NCBI GenBank assembly: GCA_036785375.1
Contig: JAWMAR010000341.1
Span: 186,001 to 250,000, forward strand
Direction: 5' to 3'
Length of the DNA stretch: 64,000 nt
From: Leucoraja ocellata
Taxonomy: Eukaryota
The notes beneath the pieces are model-generated. The model was not told the DNA's origin. It worked only from the letters and a program-made list of their open reading frames with translations, and ran no database searches. The position numbers and the translations under genes were made by a program. Below, piece after piece: positions 36,891-48,935 of this stretch (within the stretch, counting starts at the first letter, position 1; the number at the start of each line of letters is the position of its first letter).

Positions 36891-38989
36891 GAACCCGTTT
36901 GGGAGAACCTGAAATCATGAAAGGTTTTGTCAAAATGCAAGTTTTTCTTATGATATAGCCATTTTAGGCATTATATACAGAATTGTGACTTGGCCATAAA
37001 TGTTAAGGTTGTTAGTCTACTGCAAAGCACAAAATGAAAAAGCTTTTGGATGAAGGCATTAGCAGATGAGTTAAATACTTTTCCGTGCAGTCACTAATAT
37101 AATGTAGGAAATGTGATGACAATTTATGCACAAGGTTGTCAGATTAGTTCATTGTCAGATACTCCAGAGTGAAATGAAATTCATTGTTCACATGAAGCTC
37201 ATAGAGCATACAGTATACTTATTATAATGATAAATACAACAATAAATAGAACGACAAGTGCAAAGCAGCAAAATGATGCACGATTGTGGTGTAAAATCCA
37301 GATAGTTGAAAAGAATATTAAAGTACAATAACAGAATCGCTGAATGAGATTGATGGAAGAGTAAGAGTTTGTGGCAACAACTCCAGGAGTGGGGTGTGAA
37401 ATTAGTAATTGGTTCAATGGCTGGAGAGCAGTGGAGACAAAGCTATTCTTAGTTTTGATGTCTGAGCTTTCATACTCCTATATCTATATCAAGCTCCTAT
37501 ATCTTAACCAAAGAAAGGGACAATGCCAGGGTGACAGGCAAATTAGCCTTTGTGGCTTGAACACATTGAAATAAAGTTAGTTGAAGTTTTTGGTTGTAAT
37601 TATGATCTTATGACCTTTTGTGAATATGAGATATGATAATTTCTCCACTCCACCTGAACTTGCCAAACTGCACTCTTTTGGCTCATCCATGATCAACCAT
37701 TTTGGAAAGGGATGTTTGTGTACTATGGAACTGCCCAGAAGTATGTGTTGGAACCTCATTGAAAGAAATTAACAGCAAGAGTGAGGAATGCTCTGGATTT
37801 GTTGGAGAAAAAGGCATAATTAATTTGGAAATTAATTATAGCGAGCAAATAAATATTTCAGCTGAGGTCCAAACATCAGATGACTAGCAACTAATTTTCA
37901 TTGTTATTCGTTGCCCCCTTCAAGAAGAGATTTAGAATATCGTTAAAATGGTTCTATGTTGTTCGCTTCATAAATATAGCAAATTGTAAGTCTGCAAGTA
38001 CTGCAAGTCACTTTTCCATTATAAGTTCCTGTGTCCACATTTATTGTTGAAGCCAATTGCCACTTATACCATTTTGTTACAGTAAATGTAATGCAGTAAC
38101 ACCAGTGGGGAGAATTTGTAATTACAACTTGATATGTTTACATGCGCAATTTCCATTGAAAATATGGACATGGCAATTTACGATGGAGATTCTAAAATAA
38201 AGAATGAATATGTCTTTACATTGGGAAACAAATTTCATTGATGATTTGGTCCAGTTGTCTGCAACACTCAGGCCCACGTTTAATCTTGACTCTCCGAAGT
38301 TAATTTTAATCAGTCTATTGTGTAATATGAGTAATATTAGATCAGTTGCTTTTGCACACCTAACATACACCTAGCAAGATATTTTAAAATCCTAATCTAT
38401 GTGGGCTGAATTTAATTGTTTCTATTGTGAATTACTATGTTTCCTTTTCTAATGGTAAAAAACTATAAAACTGTCACACTCAAATCCTGTTATGCTCTCA
38501 TTCCACTCATGCCAATCGAGCTCCTACAGTGCCACCACTGACAAGAGATCGTAATGGCATCATGAAAAGTTTACATAAGTATTTTTATTTCTAAATGTGA
38601 GCTTATAAAAGTAGGGACAGATGTGAGTTCTGAATGCTATCAGCTAAGAATTAGATTTGCATATTTAATTCCAAATATCCCTCAATGCTTAAATCCATTT
38701 CCCTGAACACGGCAGTTGGTCTTGCCAACCTGTGTGCAACACCGCAGGAACTCGACTAATGATCTCAAAGAAAAAGAAAGAACTTGCATTTATATAGTGC
38801 CTTTCATGTAGCCAGGGCAGGCCAAGCCCCTTTACTATCAATTACCTTTGAAGTGTATTCGTTGGTGTAAAGTTAGAAATTATAAAAGAATTGACAAAAC
38901 CAAATTAAACCACATCTATAAATAATTAATTTAGTGTTGAATTTACAGCTTTGGTATTACACAGTTTGCCAGTGAAAGGGTTAAGTGCA

Positions 38990-39180
38990 GTGAGCTTTGG
39001 GCGTGGGTGCTGTAGCTCTGTGGTTAATGTGAGAGTTTGAGTGTGTATGTGCATGTGTGTAAAATGAGTGGAGGATTTTGCTTTGAAGCGAGTCACCGGG
39101 GATTTTCCCCACCCACATAACGATTTAAATAACCTTTGCCTGTCAGTGAGGGCTTGCTATAAGGCAAGAGAGGAACACGA
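38990..39180. promoter_or_regulatory. Candidate distal enhancer
   Basis: EGR-type GCGTGGGTG (39001-39009), RUNX TGTGGTT (39019-39025), TCF/LEF CTTTGAAG (39081-39088) and NF-kB GGGGATTTTCCCC (39098-39110) within ~120 bp of non-repeat DNA. Confidence 0.45.
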
Positions 39181-39647
39181 AAGAAGAGAAATAGTTCACT
39201 TCAAATGTGTACAACTGTACCCCTGATGTAATTGTGTATTCAGGCCATGAGGCTCAGTTATTTTTTTGTGTATGCTTGTTTCAAAGCATCATATCACAGT
39301 TTAATTCAGCAAGGCAAAACTGCTAATTGCATCTGCCATTTGATTAAATGTGTTAGCTTCACGCCATTCAATCTGCTGTTTGACTCACTTTTGCTGGTGA
39401 TGTGTTTAATGTTGTTTAATGTCATATATCCAAGTTCCGTGGATTTAAAGCATGAAGATTTGAAGAATGACTGGGAACATTGAAAAATACACAGGGATAG
39501 AAGTAGCCCACTCAGCCCTTGAAGTTGCTCTGCCATTCCAATACATGATGGTTTATTTCTACCTTGACTCCATTGTCACATCATGACCCTATATCCAACA
39601 AAGATCTATCAATCTTAGAATGGAAAGTTACATTTTTACCATATCGG

Positions 39648-40118
39648 TAGACAATAGACAATAGGTACAGGAGTGGGCCATTGGGCCCTTTGAGCCAGCA
39701 CTGCCATTCAATGTGATCATGGCTGATCATCCCCAATCAGTACCCCGTTCCTGCCTTCTCCCCATATCCCCTGACTCCGCTATCTTTAAGAGCCCTATAA
39801 AGCTCTCTCTTGAAAGTATCCAGAGAACCGGCCTCCACGGCCCTCTGAGGCAGAGAATTCCACAGACTCACAACTCTCTGTGAGAAAAAGTGTTTCCTCG
39901 TCTCCGTTCTAAATGGCTTACCCATTATTCTTAAACTGTGGCCCCTGGTTTTGGACTCCCCCAACATCGGGAACATGTTTCCTGCCTCGAGGGTGTCCAA
40001 ACCCTTAACAACCTTATATGTTTCAATAAGATCCCCTCTTATCCTTCTAAACTCCAGAGTGTACAAGCCCAGCCGCTCCATTCTCTCAGGATATGACAGT
40101 CCCGCCATCCCAGGAATT
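39648..40118 (-). mobile_element. CR1 LINE 3' fragment
   Basis: ORF LIPGMAGLSYPERMERLGLYTLEFRRIRGDLIETYK...LWNSLPQRAVEAGSLDTFKREL with a (TTGTCTA)n tail. Confidence 0.92.
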
Positions 40119-40994
40119 AAGTAGTCTTGTGAAATAAAATGTTCCAGGTTTCTACAGTCCCTTGTGTGAAATAGTGGGCCTCGATTTTTCACCGAAATTC
40201 GATATGTATTTTATTAAATGTTGTTAATGGAAATACTGAGTTGGAAGTTCAGCATTTGAAAGAAAGACGATAAATGTGTAAGTTGCCGGCCTTTATCTGA
40301 ATGCATTTATAGTGGAGGGTATTCATCTGAGAAAAAAAGCAGGAGTACCTGATGCCTTGCTTCACCATTCAATAAGAACCTGACCTAGTAAGCAAATTCC
40401 AATGCAGGTTGCAGAAAGCGACAGACTCATCCTGGTCCAACAGCCCTCCCCTCCATTTACAAAATGTAGATATTTGGAAAATTATCTAACCATAACTTTC
40501 ACGATATTAAGAGAAGCAATTGGATGAATGGAGAGGACCGTTTGCATTGATAGGGAGTCCAGGACCAGGTGAGTAGTTCAAAATGAGACCAAAGTTTTCA
40601 TGGATGAAGTTACATTGCAAAAGGCAAAACATTGTGGATGTTACACAACTAATATAAACACAGAAGGACTTGGTACCGTGCTGTATGTCTCTATGACCCT
40701 CACACACTGTTCTTTTTTGGAAATATATTACTGTTCCTTCATCATCATCATTATTGCATGTAAATTCAGGAGCTTCCCACTCAACAGCACATTTTTTCCA
40801 GAAGAATTATTACAGCTAACAAAGGCAGTTTACCATCACTATCTCAAACATTACTAGGGATAAGCAGTGAATGGTGGCCCTCAACCAGTAAATGGATTTT
40901 TTTTAAATTAAGAGTGCGAAGAGCGAACTGACTTGAGTTACGTTGTCTTGCTTGGAGTTCTCAAAACTGCAGTTCTCTATAAGAACCTCTATTG

Positions 40995-41009
40995 GTGGTA
41001 GTAGTAGTC

Positions 41010-41040
<31 letters not shown>
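40995..41040. repeat. (GTA)n microsatellite
   Basis: Directly visible. Confidence 0.9.
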
Positions 41041-43689
41041 GAATGTAGCTGGGGTGAGTAGTATCAGAATATATTAGGCCCCATAGTTCTCTGAGGCTGG
41101 GTATAATGGTGCAGAAATAGATATGCAGTAAATGTAGAAAGCCTCACCCGAATAATGATATGAAATCAAGTCCATCATTGTATACAGTATTAGCGGAGTG
41201 CATGGATTATTTTTGTGATAGACTTCCCAAACATGAAGCAGAGAGTGGATGTAAGACTGTGGCCATTCTATTGGATAATTAAATTATGTTGAGTCTTCTC
41301 CACAGGTACTGATAGTGATATTGATAGTTCTGGGGTTACCTGGAACTTTACATCTGTTAGGTGCTATTTTGCTGTTCATGACCATTGATGTTTATTTGTT
41401 GCATATTTGAAGTCCAGTTCAGTAGCAATAATCTCAAAATGTCATCGCATATCACGATTGATATCCCTGCAGAGTATCGCAATGCCTTTTATATGTAGGT
41501 GCATCATGTGCATAGAATGGTATGTTCCAATGTGAACCATGAAGTCCTGAATGCATTTGGTGATTTATTTTACTCCAACATTCATCCATGTGACACAGAA
41601 AAACCATGTGTTATTTAATTGAGTTTCTAGCCCATTGAATCTTACAACACTGCTGGAGGCATTATACTTCATCATGCCAGCTCTATGAAAGAGCCATACA
41701 CTTGTCCTACTTCCCTGCTCTTCTTGCAAACCTTTCCTTATAAGATATACATCCCATTCCATTTTTGGCAGTTCTTACTTTCACCACTCTTTCACGTATT
41801 ATGTCCTTAACAATTTTTACAAAAGAATATTATCAACCACCTTTTTCTTTTCCTATTTACACTAATCTATTAATTTTAAGTTAACTTTTTCTGTCAGTAG
41901 AAATATAGTCAGCACTTTATTAACAACATTAATACTTCTCATGGATAGTACAGGTTTGTAGGGATATGGGCCAAATGTGGGCAGCTAGGACGTGTTGACC
42001 GGTGTGGGCAAGTTGGCCCGAAAGGCCTGTTTGCACGCTGTATCACTCTATGACTCATCTGTATGTACTGTGGAGAAGGTTATGGAAGATGGGTAATTCT
42101 GGAAAGTGTATAGTGATGTCCTGAAACATATCAACATCACGATAGAAGTTTGTTGGTGGTGTTGAGGCAGATAACTCCCTGTTTTAAATGATTAATTTCA
42201 ATATGCTGACTCCTGATGTTTAATCTCACTGGTAAAAACTGAACATTAATGTAAAATATGGGATGTGTGCTTCAACTAATGTCTTCAGAGGGAAGCAAAA
42301 TATAATTGTCGAAAAAAACTTCATAACTATTTCTGCGGTTGAATTGGACAACCCGTGTGTTCATCACCAATACAAAAAGCAAAAGGAGCAAGATTTACCT
42401 TCGTTTCTGATTCAGTTAGTGAGGTCAGTTGATACAAGGATATTTTTTCTTCCGGGAAAACAAAGTGGTGGGCAAGTCAGGATGTGAGGGGATGGTCATT
42501 CTATTAGAGAAATAAATTATGTAGAGTCTTCCACACAGATTTGGAGGGAGCACTAATGCCGTCATTAGTTCTGTGGTTTCTTGGGAACTGTTTTTTGACT
42601 ATTAACGAAGAAATGATGGGAACAATATAAAGGCAGTTCATTTGGGTGTTGTAGACTAACGCAGGAAGTAATGTTTATTTAGTATGTCACAACCTTAAAA
42701 TCCCAATCTGCTTTATTACGAATTAAATAGTGGATTACTATTTTCATACCATTGGAATCAGAAGCAAAAGTAGAACAGCAAGTCGAGAAGAAGGGTCTTG
42801 ACCAGAAATATCAACAGTCCATTTCCATCAATGGATGCTGCCTGATTGATGCAGATGCTGAGTTACTCCAGCTGCTCTCCTTCTTTTGCCACAGATTTCC
42901 CTGAAAATTAATTCCATGGTAGGACATATGACACATATATGGCTAACTCCTAACATTTGCAAATGTTCCGAATTTGGATTGGAGCGACCACATGTGAACC
43001 TTTACTTGAACCTCTGAGGTATGTTAGTGCCTTGCATGATTAAATTAAAAAAAACAAAAGATAGAAAAAAAAGAATGATTTCAAATTCGGTAGCTTTTAC
43101 ATCTCAATGCTCAAAAATAAGCCAACAGCAACAAAGGTCCAATATCAGATAGCAGTAGAAATCCCTGACCAAGTACTAACTCTAATCATTCTAACCATTG
43201 AACTTAATTCTACATAGAATCAGCTTAGTATACGAGTTAGCGTGGATGAGTTAGTATTTTTCTTATCACTGAGTTAGTAGTTTGTGGTTAAACCTTGGCT
43301 CTGTTTTCAACCACATAAAAGGTAACTATGATTTGATTTTTGGTACAAAGCTTTACTCAACATGGGCGAATTACATCAATTCAGGTGAGCTCCACTTGCA
43401 CATCACATATTCAATTATGCACCCCTGATGTCACTGTTACGTCCACTGCCATGGAAATCTCAGGGACAGGAGTACACTGAGAGGGTGGTGGAGTATGACT
43501 TTGTAAAACTATTCGTTTCTCGTTTGTCACTTAGTTATTGTATGAGTAAACTTGTAAAATACATTAAGATTTGTAGCCTGCAGTACCTACGTATATTGAC
43601 TATTTCTGGTTAGTAATTGTTGTAAATCTGGCATTTGCCTGAAACATTTTGCCCCAGATGTGCGTTGTATTAACTGGGGCGACACAGTG

Positions 43690-44300
43690 GCGATTTCGTA
43701 AGGTTTGCTTTATTGAAGTCCCCAGCTATGGTGGCAAATGCCTCAGGGTAAGATGTCTGGTGTTTGTTGACCATGGCGTGCAGCTCCTCCAGTGCCAGAC
43801 GGAAGTCTGCCTGAGGTGGGATGTAGACCCCAGGTACAGATCTCAGGATAATGGAGGTGAATTCCCTTGCAAGGTAGAAGGGGTGGCACTTCACCACCAG
43901 ATGTTCGAGGTGTGGAGAGCAGGAGTTGGACAGGACTGCCACGTCTGAGCACCACGCTGAGTTGACCATGAGGTAGACGACCCCTCCTCTTCCTTTCCCA
44001 GATACCTGCGTACGGTCCATACGGTGGATGGAGAACCCTTCAGGCCGGTCCGCTGGGTCTGGGGAGCTGGGGGTGAACCATGTCTCTGTGAAACAGAACA
44101 CAGAGCATTCCCTCAGCTCCCTTTGACAAAGCAGCCTTGCCCCATAATCCTCCACTTTATTTTCAAGGGACAGTACGTTGGTCAGTACGATAGTAGGGAG
44201 AGGGGGCTGAAGTCCCCTGCGCTTCAGTCTGACCTGAAGTCCTGCCCGTAGGCCACGTTTCCGGACACAATGGAGGCCTCCCTGTAGTGTGCTTACTGTA
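43690..44300 (-). mobile_element. LINE apurinic-like endonuclease fragment (Rex/Babar-like)
   Basis: CFTETW, RMDR..GKGRGG, PFYLAREFTS, VYIPPQA and AGDFNKANL are EEP-endonuclease motifs. Confidence 0.85.
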
Positions 44301-44379
44301 CCTGCTGTTTCTGCGAACCTGCGCTGGAACGGGAGAATAGCTTCTCCCCAACAACCATCAGTGCTGGAGACGGTGAAAT

Positions 44380-44570
44380 CTAGAAACAGTTGGGAGATGT
44401 CGGAGATGGTCCAAGTGAATTTGAGTGCAGGATGGAAATTGGTGAAGTTGATAAAGTCAGTGAGATCTGCATGGTTGCAGGTGGTAGCACCAATGCAGTC
44501 ATCAATGTAGCGGAGGCAGAGTTTGGTGATAGGGCCAGAGTACGCCTGGAACAGTGATTGTTCGACAAAT
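44380..44570 (-). mobile_element. Penelope RT fragment
   Basis: Minus-strand translation VEQSLFQAYSGPITKLCLRYIDDCIGATTCNHADLTDF, containing the YIDD catalytic motif. Confidence 0.8.
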
Positions 44571-46054
44571 ATGCCTGGAACAGTGATTGTTCGATGGTCC
44601 AGATGAGTTACTCGTCAATGATAATCTCCAAGCAACTGCTGGTGGAAGACTTAGCAATGTTAATGCCATTGAATGTTAGAGTGGGTGTTTGGATTCTCCC
44701 TTGAGTGAGAGCATTTCTGCAAATGTTTCCTGCAACTTACCAACCCACACCTGAAAGTTGTCTAGTTCTTGGTCTATGCAAACATAGACTGCTTCTTTTA
44801 CTGAGGTGCTGCTGCTGGAATTCAACAATATATAATCATCAGTAAACTGTGCCACTTTTGCAGCCATTTCCTTGTGTGGAGTAATTGATCTCCATCAATC
44901 TTAATCACTTTACTCTGTGTGAGGTATGACTTTAAACATTGGTGTGTTTTCTTCATGGTACCCATTCACTTCAAATTTGCCAAGACTGTTGGTCAAATAT
45001 TATCTTGATGACAATAGCTCATCTCTTCCCTGGAATTCAACTCTTTGGCCCATGTTTGAACCAAGCCTATGCAGAGATTTAGAGTCAAATGGTCCTGCCA
45101 AGTTGGGAATCATGAGCAGGCCACTGGAGAATAAGTGCAGCTTTATTGCACTCTCAGTGAGTCATTGAGTCACTTTTACGTTAACTGAGAATGGACTGAG
45201 TGGACAGTTATTGTGTAGATTAGAACTGCTTTATTTTTTGTAAAGAGTTGAGTTTTTGTAAAAATTGTGAGCAATTTTCTATCTTGCTGGGTAATGCCAG
45301 TGTTGTAATTGCCCTGGGAACAAGTTGGCTGGTGGCTTGATCTAAAAACAAAGTGCTGGAGACTGAAGTCTGAAGAAGGATCCTGACCTCACATGCCATC
45401 TATCGATTCCCCTCCACAGATGCTGCTTGACCAACTGACCAGCATTTTACTTTGCATAAGATTCCAGCATCTCTACATCCACACTATCAAGAACAGATTC
45501 ATCTGACCTGTGCGGATTGGTGAGAATGAAAAACAGGAAATGTTGGTTTGCCCACTAGTTATTGCAGATTGAATTTTGTTGGAATCTCACTGCCGATTAC
45601 TGTCAATTCAAGATTTACAGATTAAATTTTATTGTCCTTTTTCTTATCATGCTCTCTCATTCATTTTCTAGTAATAAAACATACAAAAATTCTAAACCAA
45701 AATACTATTTATATTGAAAACAATATGCAAAGGCTTCCTAAATGAACACCACTTGTTATTTTCCTCTTTTTTTGGAGATACGCCACATTTAGTACAGTCT
45801 GGCCTCACTTCATCTGGACAGTTTGCAGCATATGGAACATGAGAAAATTGGGGTTGTATTATTATTGGCCATGATTGATAGGGATAGTCCACCATAGATC
45901 TTGAGACCCATTTCTGCTGAATGCTGTATGACTTCTAGTGAGCAGCCCAGAAGTAGAATCGAGACACAAGAGGCTGCTGAAGTTATTACTCCAGGTGGAA
46001 TTATTATTTGAGCATGATAATGACTGTTTATAGACCCTTCAATCCATGCCAACC

Positions 46055-46312
46055 ATCAATCACCCATTCACACTCGATCTATGTTATCCCATTTTTACAA
46101 GCATTTCCTACACTCCAGGGGCAATTTACAGAGACTAATTACCATTAAACCCGCACATCTTTGGATGTAGAAGGACATCGAAGCCCTGGAGGAAACCGAT
46201 GTGGTCACATGGAGAACGTCCAAATTCCACTCAAAAAACACCCAATGTCAGATTGAACCGGGTCTCTGCTGCTGTGAGTCAGAGGTACCACCAGCTCCAC
46301 CATGGTGCCACC
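46055..46312 (-). mobile_element. V-SINE/HE1-like SINE
   Basis: Reverse complement of the tRNA head and V-domain seen at 36120-36420. Confidence 0.7.
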
Positions 46313-47699
46313 CTTGATGGTCCACTGGTCCATTAAATATCATGAGGAAGTATGCCATTCATTATATGCAGATTGCTAATGTGTACATAATGCTGTATGC
46401 CAGTACCATCAGGGACTTCAAAACGTAGTCCTTGTTGTTCAACAGTTTCCTTTTGATTGTCAAGATGTCGTAAATGCAGATGTGATAAAGGCATAGATGC
46501 TGCGCTCAGAATGACCTCCTTGATGTGCTGTGCATGATCAGATGCCATTTGATCTTGAGGGTCTGAAGTCTCTTCTAGTTTCAGTGCATTTCTAAGCTGA
46601 CAATTACAAAGCATTGCACCCTGTCTTATGGAGCAGTCTGCAATACTTTCAAAGCTATTTCTTTCCATATCTGTAGTTGTCTGATAAGGAAAAATAAGAT
46701 CTATTTGGCTATCTTAGAGCAGACTGCATCATAAATGTGTTTTGTGCAGATGAAAAATTTTGAGATGTAGCATATTTCTGTTTCAGCCTGGATGATCGTG
46801 ACACCAAAAGGTTAATGGGTGTAATAAACAAGAACTGTCCTTGCCTATTCTGAGGTTGAATCTGTGGTTGGAGCACATAGCCTATTGTCTTTATGGAGAA
46901 ACATAGATTCTTTACGCATTGTTCTTTATTGAGGTGCCATAGGAAGACTGCTTCCTTAGGGCTCTGGGTGGATATGGCATCATGCTGAGAGATGATCTTT
47001 CCTGCCTTCTCTTCCTTTCCTCCCCACCCTTCCTGTCCTTACAATGCCATCTGTTTAGTCCTGATTCATGCTGTATTCCTTGGGAAATGGCTTCTGGTGC
47101 ACCCATATCTGAAGGAACTGTTTCTGGCAGAAGCTTGAAGGCAAAATGAAGACCTTTACATATGGCACAGACCTCTCTGTAGACTTAGATGAAAAGAACA
47201 CCAAGAAAGACCAATTTCTTGTTTTCAAAACGTTCCGTGCCTTGAGCCTTCCTGTTTATCAATTCCTCCTGCTTTTCATGCCTCTGATCTCTCTGTACTT
47301 ACTCTGACCCTTCATAGCTTCTTGGTTTTCACTGCTCCACCGTTGCTAGTTGTGGCTTCTAGGGCCTAGGCCACAAGCTCTGGAATTGTTTCACTAAACT
47401 TATTGTGCCATCTCTCCTTGAAAAGATTTAAAAAAATCTATCTTCGATCAAGGTTTTGATCAACGTCTTAATATATTTTCATGTAGCTTGGTGTCAAATG
47501 TGTTTAATATTAGCTCCTTTGAAGTGGTTTGGAACTTAAGATGATAATGTTTGCTCCTCTGTAAATTGAAAGTATGAGTACTATTCTGCATTTGGGCAAC
47601 CCTTGCATCACGAACATTCAGCTAATGAAAATTTGGCCTTACAGAATTCACAAATGTAATTCACAAAAGTATTGAAATAGTCATGCAGCATGAAAATAA

Positions 47700-48030
47700 A
47701 GCCTCACCTCCCTACATTTTGACCCATAACCCTCTGAACCTTTCCAATCCATTTTCCTGTCCAAGTGTATTTTAAACATTGTTATTGTACCTGCCTCAAC
47801 TACCTCCTCTGGCAATTTGTTCCATATACCCACCACCCTCTGTGTAGAAAGGGTGTCCCTCAAGTTCCTATTAAATCTGTCCCCTCTCACCTTAAACTTA
47901 TGTTCTCTGGTTCTTGATTTCCACAACTCTAGGTAAAAAGACTGTGCATAAACACTATCCACCATATGATTTTAAACACCTCTATAAGATCACCCCTTAG
48001 CCTACAACGCTTCAAGAATATAGTCCTTGC
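47700..48030 (-). mobile_element. CR1 3' fragment
   Basis: RLRGDLIEVFKI, SRTREHKFKVRGDRF and RVVGIWNKLPEEVVEAGTITMFK. Confidence 0.85.
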
Positions 48031-48769
48031 GCTCCTAGGATTAAAGATATAGAAAAAATTGCCCGCATGGAATTCATTTGGAAAAATAAATAAATAAACA
48101 TACTTTTTTTTGTCAACCCTTGCTTCCTGAAGCATGTGCAGATGACATGGCTTTGTGGGCTGTTTTTGAAGAATGTGCACTCTTTGCCCCTCCATAAAAC
48201 CAGGTGTGAGGGAGGGTGGGAGCAGGGGGGTTGTTGTCGCCTGCTTTTGGTATTGACATACATGTGGGATGTGGGACGAGGAGTTGTAACCAAACTTACC
48301 AGGTAGTTATTTGCTCGTCCTTTACAAATCACAATTGTGAGTGAATTTCTGTGATGAAATCCATTTCGATAATTCTGAGACTGTTGGGTAGAATGTGTCT
48401 ATTTGACAATTGGCAAAAAGAATCCTGAAGATCTGAGTGAAAAATTGCATCAGCGACAAATGCAACATGCAGGAATGGTAAAAAAGTCAGTAAATCACTG
48501 TTAGTTTTCTCATATACAGAGATCCATGGATTTGTTATAATTGGAGATGTTATACATATAATTGCATGTATGTATTAGGACACCTTTAAAATATTGCAGC
48601 CACATAATTTACATGGAAGTTTCCTACGTCTTCAGTTCCCCCACTGGAATATATATCATATTTAGAAAGCTGAATTTTACTCTCTGTGCCAAAAAATTAA
48701 ATACTTTTTTTTGGTTTAGTAAAACTGGATTTGGTGTGTTGACTGTCAGTATATCTCTGTCACCATCAG

Positions 48770-48935
48770 TACCACCAAACGATTTATTGCCAGTTTCTCT
48801 CATTACCATTTGTGGAACCTTGCTGTGTGTGTGTGTAATGCTAGCAGGGTGACTACACTTCAAAGTAATTAATTCTATGCAAAGTGCTTTTGAATATCCT
48901 GTGACACGTGAGAAAGGCTACATAAAATGCAAATT
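48770..48935 (+). mobile_element. DeuSINE/SacSINE1-like 3' relic
   Basis: tgtggaaccttgctgtg...gtgactacacttcaaag...aaaggctacataaaatgcaa matches the recalled DeuSINE 3' region. Confidence 0.55.
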
